DNA from: Lama guanicoe | Taxonomy: Eukaryota | NCBI GenBank assembly: GCA_013239625.1 | Contig: MU053482.1 | Location: forward strand, 657,168 to 721,167 | Reading direction: 5' to 3' | DNA: 64,000 bases | In this document: in pieces, positions 1 through 13,266 of the stretch | Layout of the letters: the number at the start of each line of letters is the position of its first letter | How positions within the stretch are numbered: position 1 is the first letter of the stretch | Translations under genes and position numbers: made by a program | The notes under the pieces: model-generated | What the model saw: the letters and a program-made list of their open reading frames with translations, nothing else | Told to the model about the DNA's origin: nothing | The model's database searches: none

Positions 1-879
1 GAGCTTATCTAGTTGGTAAAACAAGAAGTGAAGTTCAATGCAAGAAAGGGTCCAGGCAAATGCACAGCTTTATGTCACTTTACGTATGGGGGGCATTAGT
101 TAAGAGTTAGGAAGTGGGGAGAGATGGCCTTGCAGACCTCTGTAGTCTGGCAGAGATGCTCTAGGACTACAGGGATCAGATTCTACACAGAAGGAAAAAA
201 ATTAGTACTTTTATCCTAAAATCTCTAGGGTGATAATCTCCCACATTAACTTTATCTTCCAACAACCAGACTCTGTCTGATACCCACCGTCCTTTGCTGA
301 CTCTGTGTCCCATCCCTTCATAGTTTCCTCATAACCACAGGCAGGAAGCTACAAGAAATGATTATGCATTTGAATTGAAGTCTATAAACAATGGAGAGTT
401 GTTGAATTGGTTTAATGGGGAATGGAAAATAATACAATTAGCATTTTCTAAAGATTATTTTATTATTTGAAAGAGCAGTACAGGAGGCAGAGAGATCATA
501 GAGGTATGACAAGTAGAAAGCATGGGGCCAGAAAATAGTGGTACTAGGAATAGAAAGGAGAGAGATTTGAGATCTTCTGAGATAAAATCCAGGTACCATT
601 TAAATTGTCCTGTTGATGGAAAGAAAAAGAAGGAAGAGAAAATGACTCTCATTTTCAGCCTGAGAGACTGACTTAGTAGACATAACAATATAAGGGGAAA
701 AAGGAGCATTTATTTAGAAAATAAGTGGTAGAAAAAATAGAGATGTATAACAGTTTCAATTTTGGTCATCTTAAATTGGAAATTAAATGAGAAAATGCAT
801 GTAAAGTGATTGGTTCATATGTGTGCATGAAGTAATACATATTTATTATTATTTTAGATAATTAAAATGTAACATACCA

Positions 880-1050
880 AATAATAACTGTGTTTTTATG
901 AATTATTTCATTTAATCTCTATAGTAAAGAGAGAAATTAGATACTAATATCCTTATATTACAGATGCAGAAACTAAAGCTTATGTGCCTTAAATGACTTG
1001 CTCAAGATGATCTATTTATTAATTTATAGAGCTCAGATTCAAACCAAGTT
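880..1050. mobile_element. MIR SINE remnant
   Basis: tcatttaatctc...ttacagatgcagaaactaaagct...aaatgacttgctcaag...gattcaaacc. Confidence 0.65.
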
Positions 1051-2455
1051 GTCCACAAGATTTATTCCATTGCTGTAAAAGTCATCATTATAATCACTAC
1101 TTTTGTCATTATTATTTCTATTATATATATAAGGGAACTGTCAATGAGGTCCAGTAGAAAGTCTGATATGTGAATCAGGACTCTGAAAGAAAAAAACCTC
1201 AGTTGCATATACAGATTTAGGAAATATCAACAATTAAATTATAGCTGAAGTCAGAGGAGCAGATGAGGTCACGCGGAGAGAGGGTGTAAGCTCAGAAAGT
1301 GAAGGGAAAAGGAAAATGCCAATATTAAATAATAGGCAAAAGGAAAAATGTGATAAAGGAAAAGAAAAGGAGATGTCATCAGAAGATAAAAGGTCTAAGA
1401 GCAGGCAAGGGAGAATACAGCTTCAGGAGTATCTCTAGTTTTAAATATGACTGGGTGATCAAGCAAGATAACCAAAGGCAAAATCAATAATCTTGGGCAT
1501 TGAAAGGTCACTTTGAATTGTGCAGAGCAGACTTATCAGAGAAATTAAAAACACTATTTTGAGAAGCTTAGAGAGGAGTGTAAAAAGATAAATATATTTA
1601 TTCCTTTGTTGAAGAAAAATCCAAAAGCACAGAAGATAGGGAAGGTCAAAGAGAAAAAAGAGGTTATGTAATTGTTGGGAAAATAGCCAGAGAAGAAATA
1701 CTTGGAGTTACGAACACAAGGGAATACTCTTATTATAGCTGAGACAACTCTTCCCCTGAGGGGAAATGATGGATTATTGTATGTTTGTAGGGATCTGTGT
1801 CTGGAGAGGTAAGCGGTTGAACCTGTTTATGTTGAGGTCTTGCATTTCTCTGTGATGTGATCAGAGAGAAACTCCTGGTTGATGAGGTTGAACTGAGCTG
1901 AGTTAGGGCAGGGAACTTGAGAAGAATACTGTTCCCCTAGCTATGATGGGAATACTGGAATGACACAAGGAAAAAGTAAAGAAAAGAAACCAATATTGGT
2001 GGAAGCACTGGCTGTAATAAGAAACTTTTGCATTTGTTGTGCTTTTTCTCAGACTTACCCTAACAACTGGAATATACATGAGACCAAATAAAGTTAATAA
2101 ATGACTTCAGATTCAGGAAGTTATATTTAGATTTAACAGAACCAAATGGAGAAGAGTTTTGAGGAGTGTCAAACAGTGCCCAAAACAAACAATTAAGAAG
2201 CACCTTAAAAAAAAAAAAAGAATGCATCTGAAAAGGGTCATATTAGGTGAGTAGCAAATTATGAGAGATTTTGGAATGGCAGTTTCAGTAGAGTCATAGG
2301 AATAGGAGTTATAGCGGAAATGGATAAAAAGAGAAACAATGGATGAGAACTTTTAGTCATAAATGAAAGAAAAGAAATGATTGAAAAGCTTGGCAGCAAA
2401 ATGAAAAGAAAAATTAGGCAGTGGCTAGAAGGAATAGCAGGATCAAAGAAAGTCT

Positions 2456-2482
2456 CTGTGTGTGTGTGTATGTGTGTGTGTG
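2456..2482 (+). repeat. (TG)n microsatellite, interrupted
   Basis: Seen directly. Confidence 0.85.
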
Positions 2483-2916
2483 TTTTAATATAAAGGATGT
2501 TCTAACATATTTGGGTATAATAAGTGGAGGTAAAACCAAAATCAAGAAGAGCAAAAGAAATTCAACTTGTATTGACAGCTCCAAAAAACAGAAAAAGAAG
2601 CTTTCTGCCTTTGTCACCATTTCTTTAAAAGTGATGATGCTTTTTTAGAATATGACACTTGATGATTGCCCCTTGAATAAATGAAGCAACAAACATGTAG
2701 TCAGATGCCTATCTTCGTGGCCAAAGAATCTGGTGTCCTAATTAGTTTTTTTTCTTATCCCAAGACCAAAAAAGAATTCTTTGTACTTTCTGTTCAATTA
2801 TTTTTTTGTCACTGTGTGTGTTCTCTTTGTCAGATTTTTGCATTGGAGTCTGGCACATGTTGTAAAATAAAGTGGAAAATATACAGCTGATTTGGATATT
2901 TGTTGGCTATCTTTTT

Positions 2917-2971
2917 ATCTTTGTATTTTTTTATTGAGGTATTGTCAGTTTACAATGTTGCATCAATTTTA
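2917..2971 (-). mobile_element. Ultra-short L1 3' terminus insertion with 14-bp TSD
   Basis: Reverse complement matches the L1 3' termini elsewhere in the window. Flanked by TTGGCTATCTTTTT at 2903-2916 and 2972-2985. Confidence 0.7.
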
Positions 2972-3599
2972 TTGGCTATCTTTTTTAAATCCTTTTTTCT
3001 TTGCTCAAAATTTCCTGATTTTTTTGTGGATATGTATTTTTGCAGGCAATCTGACCCTATTCTACATCCGACTTTCCTTCAGTACCTTTGGTGGGAATGT
3101 TGTTGCAAAGAAACTATTTTTATTGTTAGATGAGAGCAAGAAATCACATAGCCCTCATACTTGCTAGGATGTAGTTGACAATGAAGACTATGTAGGAGGC
3201 TATAACGTGGAGTCTTTGGATAGAATCTCACTTGAAGCCAGCCTTGCTATGGATTTTAGGTAATTTAAATCTATCAATTACCACTGTTACCAGTGTTAGT
3301 AGTAGCATGCTCTATACCCTCAGACAAGGCCCTCGACATAATAGTTAGGCTCCTATATCTCTCACGAAGTCTTCTACATGGCAAATCTAATCCAGAAATC
3401 TGAGTCTTAAAGGTAAAGGTGTGATAACTGTATAGTCACCAATGGCACCAGATTCAAACTGACCTTTGATGCATGTTGGCTTTGCTAGCGCCCAGTAAAT
3501 GTTCATTGTTATCATCAGACACAGCTGGGGCTCCCTGGCTGAAGAAGGCAGCCTAGCCATATTGCCTTCATCAGACTTCCATCTCACGTCTCATACTTT

Positions 3600-4270
3600 T
3601 ATAGTTTAGGTCCCAGAAAGCAGAGCCTAAGAGCTTTCGTGCAGGTAGTTTATTTTAAAAGTGATTTCAGGAACTTGGGAAAGAAAGCAGTAAGAGTGAG
3701 ACAGGAAACAATTAAACACAAATAAAGCGTGGATTATTGGAGCTGTTTCTGTAGACCAAGCATTCTCTGTGGGGGCAATATAGACCCCAAGGTTCTTGGA
3801 AAGAGAAAGAAATCTTAGATATTGCAATGGTTTGTGAGCCTCCAAAGGGGAGTACATAAACAGATATACAGTATATCTGTGCCATTAAAATTTCATGAGG
3901 AATGGACTAGGGAAAAAATTCTAAAAAGCTCTTTAGGGGAAACAATAGTTGTAGTAGTCGTGGTGGTGGTGGTGGTGGTGGTAAACACGGCCTGGATAAT
4001 AGGGGCTTAACTCCAAGAACCCAACTTCTGAGAAGCATACAGAGTGCATCCCAGAAATGGCTGGTACATTTATTCATCAACTCCCATTGCCCATTGGTTG
4101 GGCAGTGGCTGCCTTTCAGGCATTAACTTGCTCAGACTTCCAGCACCCTGAGCAGAATGCTTAAAGACAGGCAGGAGCTCTCTGAGGTAGCATATTAGTG
4201 GTGCCAGGGGAATCAGAACCGCCCACCATAGCTGAAGCTAAGGTCAGGGGCAAGCTGAGATTGTGTCATG
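3600..4270 (-). mobile_element. Degenerate ancient ERVL-class LTR (LTR16/LTR33-like)
   Basis: Recognisable reverse-LTR pattern (cccagaaagcagagcct...tttatt...gtgagacagg). Boundaries approximate. Confidence 0.45.
3960..3981 (+). repeat. (GTG)n microsatellite
   Basis: About 7 tandem GTG units preceded by degenerate GTA/GTT units. Confidence 0.85.
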
Positions 4271-4339
4271 GGGCTGTGAAATAAGCTAAAATCCAGTTCA
4301 GAAGTTCAAGCTCTTGCTTGGTCCTGGCTTTGTTCACTG

Positions 4340-4575
4340 GAACAAGGCCCTGGGCATGAAAATCTCATTATATTTCATTTATTAAGTTCATTCATATTTT
4401 ATACTACTTTTCTCTTTCTCATGTGAAATATTTGTACAAGGGTCAGTATATAGTCCATGGACATTGACATTGACCTCTGTTTTTTTTTTTAATTTTGAAA
4501 TATAAAAGCCAAAGTGTTTTTTTTATTGACTAAAGAAGTTCACTTCATTCTTAGACTGCTAATCCAGGTAAGTAC
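4340..4575 (+). promoter_or_regulatory. Candidate proximal promoter / 5' UTR exon of the first OR2D-like gene
   Basis: GCCCTGGGCA (O/E-like, 4347-4356), CTCATTA (homeodomain, 4364-4370), TATAAAA (4501-4507), consensus donor CAG|GTAAGT at 4567/4568. Confidence 0.45.
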
Positions 4576-4934
4576 AAAATATTTATTGGGAAGAAAAAAA
4601 TGAAATTGAACCAAAGACAATTCCCTTAATGCATCTTCACAGTAATTTAGCAATATACAAATTATGTTGACATCAGGATTAGTCGAGAAGCCATTTATAG
4701 TATGATACTCAGCCTACCAAGTGGATCAAGCAAGGAAAAATGTGCTTTAAAACCTATGTAAATTGGTGGAAACAACAATATGCATCCTAATGCTAACTGG
4801 CACCTGGTAAGAAGCAGCTGAAAGCAAATAGTCCACCACGGTTAACATTGCACTTGTTTATAAAGCTTGTGAAATCAAACATTCAGAATGCATCTGCTCT
4901 CTTTCTAATGGCAGGTAAACAAGAATAAATATCA

Positions 4935-5858
4935 ATGGGAGAAGGAAACCAAACTTTTGTGGCTGAATTTATCTTGCTGGGATTATCGCAGGATCCAAAG
5001 ATTCAGATCTTGCTGTTCTGTGTTTTCCTGATCATTTACCTTCTCTCTGTATTTGGAAACCTGCTCATCATAAACCTTATCCAAACTGATTCTCGACTTC
5101 ACACTCCCATGTACTTTTTCCTCAAAAACTTGTCCTTTGCTGACCTTTGCTTCTCTACAAGCATTGTTCCCCAGATGTTGGCCCACTTCCTGGTAAAAAA
5201 GAAAACCATTTCCTTTGCTGGGTGTTCACTCCAGATAGTTGTCTTCCTCCTGGCAGGGTGTACGGAGTGTGCACTGCTGGCGGTGATGTCCTATGACCGC
5301 TATGTGGCTGTCTGCAAGCCCCTGCACTATTCTACTATCATGACCCAGAGGGTTTGTGTCCAGTTGGCCATAGTGTCCTGGATCAGTGGGGCATTTGTCT
5401 GTTCAGTGGACAGTGCATTTACACTGTGTCTCCCCTACCAGGGACAGAATGTAATTAATCATTATTTTTGTGAACCTCCTGCCCTCCTGAAGCTGGCTTC
5501 AGCTGACACCTACGATGCTGAGGTGGCCCTCTTTGCCATGGGTATAATTATTCTCTTGGCACCTGTCTCCCTCATCCTGGTCTCCTACTGGAATATTATC
5601 TCCACTGTGATTCGGATGCAGTCAGGGAAGGGGAGACTCAAGGTCTTCTCTACTTGTGGCTCCCATCTCACTGTTGTGGTTCTCTACTATGGCTCTGGAA
5701 TATTTGCCTACATGAGACCCAATTCCAAGACAATGAGTGAAAAGGATAAGGTCATCTCTGTGTTCTATTCTGTTATGACTTCCATGTTGAACCCCATGAT
5801 TTACAGCCTGAGGAACAAGGATGTGAAAGGGGCTCTGAGGAAGCTGGCGGGCAGATAG
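4935..5858 (+). CDS. Olfactory receptor, family 2 subfamily D (OR2D3-like), 307 aa, intact
   Basis: Single-exon ORF with N-glycosylation site NQT and OR motifs [52 protein letters not shown]. Candidate splice acceptor AG at 4913-4914. Confidence 0.95.
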   Translation: MGEGNQTFVAEFILLGLSQDPKIQILLFCVFLIIYLLSVFGNLLIINLIQTDSRLHTPMYFFLKNLSFADLCFSTSIVPQMLAHFLVKKKTISFAGCSLQIVVFLLAGCTECALLAVMSYDRYVAVCKPLHYSTIMTQRVCVQLAIVSWISGAFVCSVDSAFTLCLPYQGQNVINHYFCEPPALLKLASADTYDAEVALFAMGIIILLAPVSLILVSYWNIISTVIRMQSGKGRLKVFSTCGSHLTVVVLYYGSGIFAYMRPNSKTMSEKDKVISVFYSVMTSMLNPMIYSLRNKDVKGALRKLAGR

Positions 5859-7249
5859 TCCACTTTCAGAGGCAGTGATTTCTGACATTTTCAAAAAAGT
5901 ACTTAGGGCATTGTGATTGACCATAATAGATCTACTAGCCCCAGGCGTCCTTTCCTCTCTTTGTTTTATTTCTCTCAGTTGATTTTCTTCCCTACAGATA
6001 TTCATTAAATGCCTGCTCTGCGCGAACAGCACACCCAGAACCTCACAATACAAGTAAAACTTAGTGTCTTTCTTAAAATAACTTGAAATCCACAGGATAA
6101 CACAAATATAAAGGTAATTGTTTTAAAGGTTAAATAAAGAAGGAATATTTTAAGATGAAATAAAAATACTGTAGGGATCAAAAGCAAGGACAATAGCTTA
6201 TTTGAAGATCAGGAATGTTTTGTGAAAGTGACTCTACTGAAAAGAGGTCGATATATTAGTAGGGGATATGATTTCAGCGAGCAGCAATGGGGCAGAGAAA
6301 ATGCCTAGAGAAAACTATTTCAGGAAGAAATGTCTGTATGCGTGAGTGTGTCTGTTGTCTGAGACAGGCAAAGCTTATCTGTGTGAAATTCTCTGCCAAT
6401 AGCACTGACTCTGATTCCTGCTCACTCTCTGACTAAACACCACTTTATCTCAGGCCAGTCTCATCTGTCTCCTAATTGTTTTCCACACCCTCCTCATCCT
6501 TCTCTCTGCAGTCTCTCACTCAACCAATACATTGTGGGAGTGCTTTCAAATGTATTACTCTTGTTTCTTTTCTGAAGGCGGGGGAGGTGAGATCCACACT
6601 AAGAAATAAACTTAAACGTTTCCTTTTCTGATTACAGAAGGAATAATATGAGAAGTATTTTAAAAATACAAATAAAATCACATCTAATCCCCCACTCCAG
6701 AAATAAGTCCTGCCAACATTTTGATTTTTATCCTGTCAGAATTCTCTGTTTCTCTCTCTCTTTTTTTACATACTAGAGCATACAGTGATGGTGAGGTAAT
6801 AAGACTTAAAATTGCTCCATGCACACAAGGAACAAGGATTAGGCTCATTGCTTTGAATGAGGCTTCTTTTCCCTCACACATTACACCAAGCCCCCAGTGA
6901 AAGGAATCTGAGTAACATTGCTGCCAGACTGCTTTCTAGTACTATGAATGTATAAAAAGCTGTTAGCCCAAGAAGGTTGGAGAAAGACAACATAACATTT
7001 AGACCAAATATAGAAACCTTAATTTGATGACCGGGACAGGAGTTACAAAAATGCCATTATAAGATTTGATACTAGAAGTGGCTGGTGTGAACAACCACCA
7101 AAAATATTTTGGGGCAGGAAAAAGTAATCACTGAACTGGGGTGAAGATGGAAAGAGAGATTCTTCCAGTGGGAAAAGAGTGGACACTAGTTAAGACTGAA
7201 TTAGGGTCTACCCTAAAGGCCTCCTTTTAACTTACAATGTAGCAAATGA

Positions 7250-7480
7250 GGGCAATGCTCTACACATATGCTTTTGCCCCTTATTGTTTCAGGGCATGCT
7301 GGCTTCCAACACCAATATCTGTGTCTTTTGCATCAGGACTTTCTTTGGCTGACATGTCAGTTCTTCCCACTTGCCCAGAAGGCCAGAATGGCCCAGGGAC
7401 TTAATGTCCCATGCACCAACTGAGCCCTAATTGATTATTGATGAGAGTTGGTGTGTAAACATCCCAGATCCCTCCCTTGT
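7250..7480. mobile_element. LTR16-like ERVL LTR fragment
   Basis: Motif gcccagggacttaatgtccc...ttggtgtgtaaacatcccagatccctc resembles LTR16 family sequence. Confidence 0.4.
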
Positions 7481-9049
7481 AAATGCTTTTTAAGAAATTT
7501 ATTGCAAAAAATTGGAAGAAGTTAGAGAAATGGTCTGAAAGGAAAAGGAAATGAAAGGATTATTTTTTTTGCACAGGGAAATCTTGATTATATTCAGGAG
7601 TTAAATCAGAGGATTATGGGAGAGCTTATGATACAAGAATATGTCAGTGAAGGAGCAGAGGGATAGAGCAGACAGTGAAGATGAGAAAGAATATGCGTAA
7701 TAATTGGAGAAGTCAACTCTGAAGTGGAGAAGGCATACTTATTCCTCTGAATTAAAAGGCTGAAGAGTGAAGATAGTTCCTATATAAGATAATAAATGTC
7801 TGAAGAATTTAAACACCTGTGCTATCTTTATCTATGAAGTTAAGAGCAAGATTGAAATTCAGGTATGTAGGGACTAAATTCATTATTACCATAAATTCAC
7901 CAGTCAAAACAAAAGCTAGAATCCCAATTATATCCTTCTTTGGCTCACCACCATCCTTCTCTCTGCCTCCTTTCAGTGTAGTAACTGTTATTCCGAATTC
8001 TATGTCCATCATTCCCTTTGTTCTATTTTATATAGTTTTACTGAATCCACAGAGGTATTCTTCAAACAAGATTTTTTCTTTTGAGTTTTTAACTCTATAA
8101 AAGGAGTATCATGATAAATCATCTTTAGGACTGTTTTTTTCCACTTAATATTAGATTCTTGAGTTATTTGCTTCATTTGTGAGTCCTTCTGGTTCCTTTG
8201 TTTTGATTACTGTATGATACCTCTTAGTGTTAAAATTTATCCATTCCACTATTGATGGACCTAGGGGGCATTTCTAGCTTTTGTTCTGTTGTGAATAGTG
8301 TTGCTCTTACATTTTATATGTCTAAAACCTTCTTTTAGGTAAGTTTATTTTACAATAAGAAAAATTAAAAGAGCTTGTATTTTATTTCTTTTCTGGTACA
8401 GGTACAATCATTTTCTTGAGGGTATTCTCTTTATAATCAGAAAACGAAAACTTATCTTTATTTTCTTGAAGTTCAAAGAAAGAATATATAACTTCAGCAG
8501 CAGTTTCAGAACTAACTGGAAAATAAGTGATTATAGAGAGACTAAAGCATGAGGAGGACCTGGCAAAAAAAAGTTGGGTGAGAGAATGGCATGAATTAAA
8601 GCAGTGATAGGGAGAGGCAGGTGCTGTGTCATCACCTCAGAGCTCTGAGCAGCTGAGCCCACATGACACAGAGAGCAGAGACGTGTATGCATTCATGCAT
8701 ATATGTGTGCTTATGCATTAACGGGAGAAAAAAGAGTAACAAATAACTTAAAGGTATAGAAATGTCCAATAAATCAGGCTTTGATGCTAACTGAAGGTCA
8801 AGGAAGGAAGGCTTGATATGAACAGAAGCGCTGCCAAGTTCAGTTCCCTCTAGCTGGCAATAGCCCAGGCTAGAGGCACAAATTGGGAGATGGGGAGTGG
8901 CAGTGTTGACAGCACCCATAACACCTACTTTATAATTTGGACAGAGAGCTAGCCAGGGGCCCTTGCTTCTTAGGTAATTCACTGACTCTTTAGTCAGCAC
9001 TTTGGAAACAGCCTCACTAAATCCATATGGGGGAAAAAGCCCTCAGGCC

Positions 9050-9690
9050 TCAGAGCTTATTTAGTGGGTAAAGTTTGCAAGACTTGGAGACGAGGAGAAA
9101 TGCCTGGGAGATTCATTAAAATCTTGTTTCCTGGAGCAACATATTCAGGGGAGGTCATGTCAACTAAGAAGATGAGACCATGATGCCTCCCCCAGGACAG
9201 GGCCGCACTTCACTGTGGCCCCAGGGACAGTGAGGCTGGTGTAGCATCTCCTTTGGGCAGCATCTCTCATACCTTTTTATCCCAGTCCCTGCTGTGCTCA
9301 TCTTTTATCATGGATCCCAGCAGGATAGGAATACATGAAAGTCTGAGTCCCTGGACTCAAGAACTCAGCCAAAATGACGCCAAGGCTGTGAAGGCTTTCT
9401 CACAAGGAGAATGGACAAGAGAAGTTGGCAGAGATTTAGCTCCTTGCTTCCCTGGGATCCTGCTCCAGGTTCTCAGTTGCCTGTCTGCATCCATTTCTAC
9501 CCTGAGAGAGGCCTTGCAATGCTAGTGACTGGAGGGGTCTTTGACCTCTGATCTCAGACACACATATCTACATCCTACCCTGCCAGAAGAGCCACCTTCT
9601 CTATCCTCATCTTCTTGAACATCTTCATCCCTCAAAGGATCACAGGGCAGTAGATGTGCTTAGGCAGCTGAGCTCCTCCCCGTCTGAGGT
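9050..9690 (+). promoter_or_regulatory. Candidate promoter and non-coding first exon of the OR2AG1-like gene
   Basis: O/E(EBF)-like CCTGGGAG next to a homeodomain site TTCATTA (9102-9119), O/E site CCCCAGGGA (9219-9227), donor GAG|GTAAG at 9688/9689. All have counterparts upstream of the paralogue. Confidence 0.65.
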
Positions 9691-12321
9691 AAGGGCTCTG
9701 TCTCTGTTTTAAAGAAATTAAGTGGAGTCTGGAAGTCTTGATAAATAGAGTCAAGACCTCCCTGCTCTGTTTCTCAGATTCTCTAGTCCCTCAGGCTTTA
9801 TAACTCACCCACTCCCTTCTATATTTGAAGTACTCTTACATGTAAGTACACCCACAGCTGATCTGTTCCACTGGCCAGGCCTGGGCTCCTGTCCTTGCTG
9901 ACACTGGCGTCCTGGCTGAAGTCTCAGTATTACCTCTGGAGCTAGATTATCCTGGCCTCTAATAGTCTGAGGTGTGCCACTAAAAGATTGGTACTTCAGA
10001 AGAGGATCATCTAGAATCAGTTGAAGTATCTCTTCTGTATATGTCTGCTTGACACTAAAGTCCAAAGCCACAGAAAAAGCCAATTGACGTCCATGACATT
10101 TTTCAGATCCATTAGCAATGATACAGAGAAATAATTTATACAAACGTGCTTCCAAATTTTTATCTCCATCTTGTTCTGACCATCTCCTATGAAGTATGAC
10201 GCCCCTCTGCTAATCGCAGTCTCTCTTGGCTTCTCTTGGCCTGAGGTTTTCGCTCACCACCGCAGTTTTTCAGAAAGGGGGCTCATCATCTGTAGGCACA
10301 GTGTGTGATCTCTGACATTTATCTTCAGGTGACCTGGGGGAGAGTAGCTTGGGAATGGATGGAGGGAAGGCAGGAGTCTGAATCAAAGGGGAGAAGGCAG
10401 ATAGGAAAGATCCTGAGTCTTAGAAATCATCACTAGAGTCCTGGTTTTTCTGCTCTCTGAAATCCTGTCCAAATTCCTGCTGCAGAAATCTGGATAAACG
10501 TGACCAGCTAATTATTTTCTTCCCTTAATTACTCTCTCCATTCATCTTTTTAATACAACAAAAACAAAAGTATTTCAAGTCAGATATTTACCAGGAACAG
10601 TACTAAGAATTGTTTTTGAATTTGTCTTTTTGTTGATGTCAATAGGCAAAGACGTTCTTCCAGCCAGTCTTTCTTAGCTTAAACCTATAGTTCTGGTTTT
10701 GTGAAGCAAGAGACAGTTTTATAAGAGGTTGTTTTTCTGGTTGGCTTCTTGCTTAGACTTCACTGTGACACAAGTGCACGGAGGATATTCTTGTGCTGTT
10801 TCAGTGTTCTGACCTTCAAATGCTATTCCCTCTCTCTGTTATGATACCCTGACCCCTTTTTCTTAGCTTCCTTATATTCCTCCTCAGCCTGTAGCTTGTA
10901 AAAGTGACTATAAAATGTTTCCTTTCCTGAAACCTCACTTACATGGACTCACAGTATGTTATAGTTTCCTTGACTTATCAGTCATTGCCAGTGGATGTGT
11001 GTAGGTGTTTGTGTAATGGGCTCTTCACATCTATGCAATTTTCCTAGCAAATAAAGTGTCTGATAAATCGTTGGTCCTTAGTAAATATTGAATGAATGAA
11101 AGGAACTAGATCAGATGGACTTTCCAATTTTATCATCCAACTACTTAAAGATCCCAACTCTAAGTTGACAAGGATGATGACATAAACAGAAGAGAGGAGG
11201 AGAAGGAGCAGATGATATGAGAGAAGCATGGAATATTTGGTTGAGAATTCTCTTCTCTCTGAGTTCCTCCTAAGTCCTCCATCCAACTATGAAAGGTCTG
11301 AATTTATCTAGAGGAAGCTGGTGAATATTCTTCCACACCCCACATATTCCACATCCTCTCCTCCTCAAACCTTTCCACTAGTACATTAACATAGATTCAG
11401 GGTTCAGCAGGACCAGCATCCTTCCTCATGTTGTTAGTATTGTGAGATAGAGGAATCTCCTTTTGAAGTTCAGGGTCTTTGACCTCTGAGGTAATGAGAT
11501 GGCTTTGGGACTTCCCTACAAAATCCCCTCTGTTATAGCTCACCTCTTCTATCATGGGCCCTAAACATAAACACCTTGCTATACCTTTTCAAATTTCATC
11601 TATTACTTTTGTTTCCATCCTGATTCCTCCTAAGCAAACACCTTATTATTACCTGCAAATAGGCAAACACCTTTTGTACTATTCCTACAAGTTTACCTCC
11701 AAAATCTATAGTATACTGACCATTCACTTCAGTCCAGAATTCTTTCTCCCTCCAGCAGAGTAGCAGTTTGCAAATCAAGGATGTGAAGACAGTTCAAGAA
11801 CACAAGAGATCGAGTGGTACAAGAGCAAAGAAGTTTTTTTTGAGAAATCTGTCCAGAACACTGAGACTGGAAAGTGAAGGAAGATGTCACTTCTAGGGGA
11901 GCAGGCACTGTAGAGTTTTATTATTAAAAAAAAATTCAAAAATTGAATTAGAATCCCAAGTATGTTTAAAGCAGAAAACCAACTGGGATTTTAAGCCAAT
12001 GTGCATTGTATTTCTTTATTAGGAAGATAGATGTTTTTATCAATCTGCAAAGGTGTTTGCTTGGGTTCATTCTCTTGGGTATCTTATTTAAAGATGATAG
12101 GCTACTACCAACATGCTTCTTTCCAATTTAGATGATGCTTTATGATACTTCAATGAAAAGATTCAGAAGACAGAGGGCAGACTTAGCCACCAAGAGGAAA
12201 AGATATCATCCTATTAGCTACCCCAGAGTGACATAGAAACAGTACAAAACGAGGGTAGTTGTCCCTAGAAAGGCTTTCATCAAGACCACTTGGTTCTAGG
12301 CAACTAAAGAAACAACACAGA

Positions 12322-13266
12322 ATGGAGCACCGGAACGCCACCCTGGGAAGTGGCTTCACATTGATGGGGATTCTGAATGACAGTGGGTATCCTGAGCTGC
12401 TCTGTGCCATGATCTCAGTCCTGTATGTGTTGGCCGTGACCGGCAATGGCCTGCTGCTCCTGGTCATCACAGTGGATGCCCGGCTCCATGTGCCCATGTA
12501 CCTCTTGCTGGGGCAGCTCTCCCTCATGGATCTCCTCTTCACATCTGTTGTCACTCCCAAGGCCGTTGTGGACTTTCTGCTCAGTGACACCACCATCTCC
12601 TTTGGGGGATGTGCCCTTCAGATGTTCCTGGCACTGACACTGGGTGGCGCAGAGGACCTCCTACTGGCCTTCATGGCCTATGACAGGTATGTGGCCATTT
12701 GTCATCCTCTGAACTACATGGTCCTCATGAGGCCGAGGGTCTGCTGGCTCATGATAGCCACACCCTGGGTCCTGGCATCCCTGAGTGCCCTTGTATATAC
12801 CGTGTATACCATGCACTATCCCTTCTGCAAAGCCCGGGAGATCAGGCACCTGCTCTGTGAGATACCACCACTGCTGAAGCTGGCCTGTGCAGAAACCGCT
12901 AGCTATGAACTCATGGTGTATGTGATGGGTGTGACATTCCTGATGCCCCCTCTTTCTACTATCCTTGCCTCCTACACACTAATCCTATATACTGTGCTCC
13001 GCATGCCCTCAAATGAAGGGAGGCAGAAAGCCCTGGTCACCTGCTCTTCCCACCTGACTGTGGTCGGGATGTTCTATGGAGCTGCCATGTTCATGTACAT
13101 CCTGCCTAGTTCCCTCCACAGCCCCAAGCAGGACAACATCATCTCTGTCTTCTACACGATTGTCACGCCAGCCCTGAACCCCCTCATCTATAGCCTGAGG
13201 AATAAGGAGGTCATGGGGGCCTTGAGGAGGGTCCTGGGAAAATACTTACTGTGGACACCCTCCTGA
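12322..13266 (+). CDS. OR2AG1: Olfactory receptor OR2AG1-like, 314 aa, intact
   Basis: ATG at 12322 (MEHRNATLGSGF); motifs LHVPMY, MAYDRYVAICHPL, KALVTCSSH, PALNPLIYSLRNKEV. The central SALVYTVYTMHYPFC matches OR2AG1 as I recall it. The ORF-track start at 12259 is a TTG upstream of the acceptor AG at 12298-12299. Confidence 0.93.
   Translation: MEHRNATLGSGFTLMGILNDSGYPELLCAMISVLYVLAVTGNGLLLLVITVDARLHVPMYLLLGQLSLMDLLFTSVVTPKAVVDFLLSDTTISFGGCALQMFLALTLGGAEDLLLAFMAYDRYVAICHPLNYMVLMRPRVCWLMIATPWVLASLSALVYTVYTMHYPFCKAREIRHLLCEIPPLLKLACAETASYELMVYVMGVTFLMPPLSTILASYTLILYTVLRMPSNEGRQKALVTCSSHLTVVGMFYGAAMFMYILPSSLHSPKQDNIISVFYTIVTPALNPLIYSLRNKEVMGALRRVLGKYLLWTPS

Noticed and set aside
3822..4010. ORF with a poly-valine run
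   Set aside because: It is the translation of a (GTG)n microsatellite inside an LTR remnant.
5560..5690. Gene conversion among the three OR2D-like genes
   Set aside because: In the segment compared by eye, synonymous differences are spread evenly and no long identical tract was seen.
5850..5880. Premature stop truncating the first OR2D C-terminus
   Set aside because: The 40722-41645 paralogue stops at the same position (GR*) and helix 8 is complete, so this is a normal length.
12183..12849. Antisense and alternative-frame ORFs repeated at both OR2AG genes (12183-12596/21113-21424, 12446-12637/21274-21465)
   Set aside because: They are shadows of the OR reading frame; their 'conservation' simply reflects the identical nucleotide blocks.
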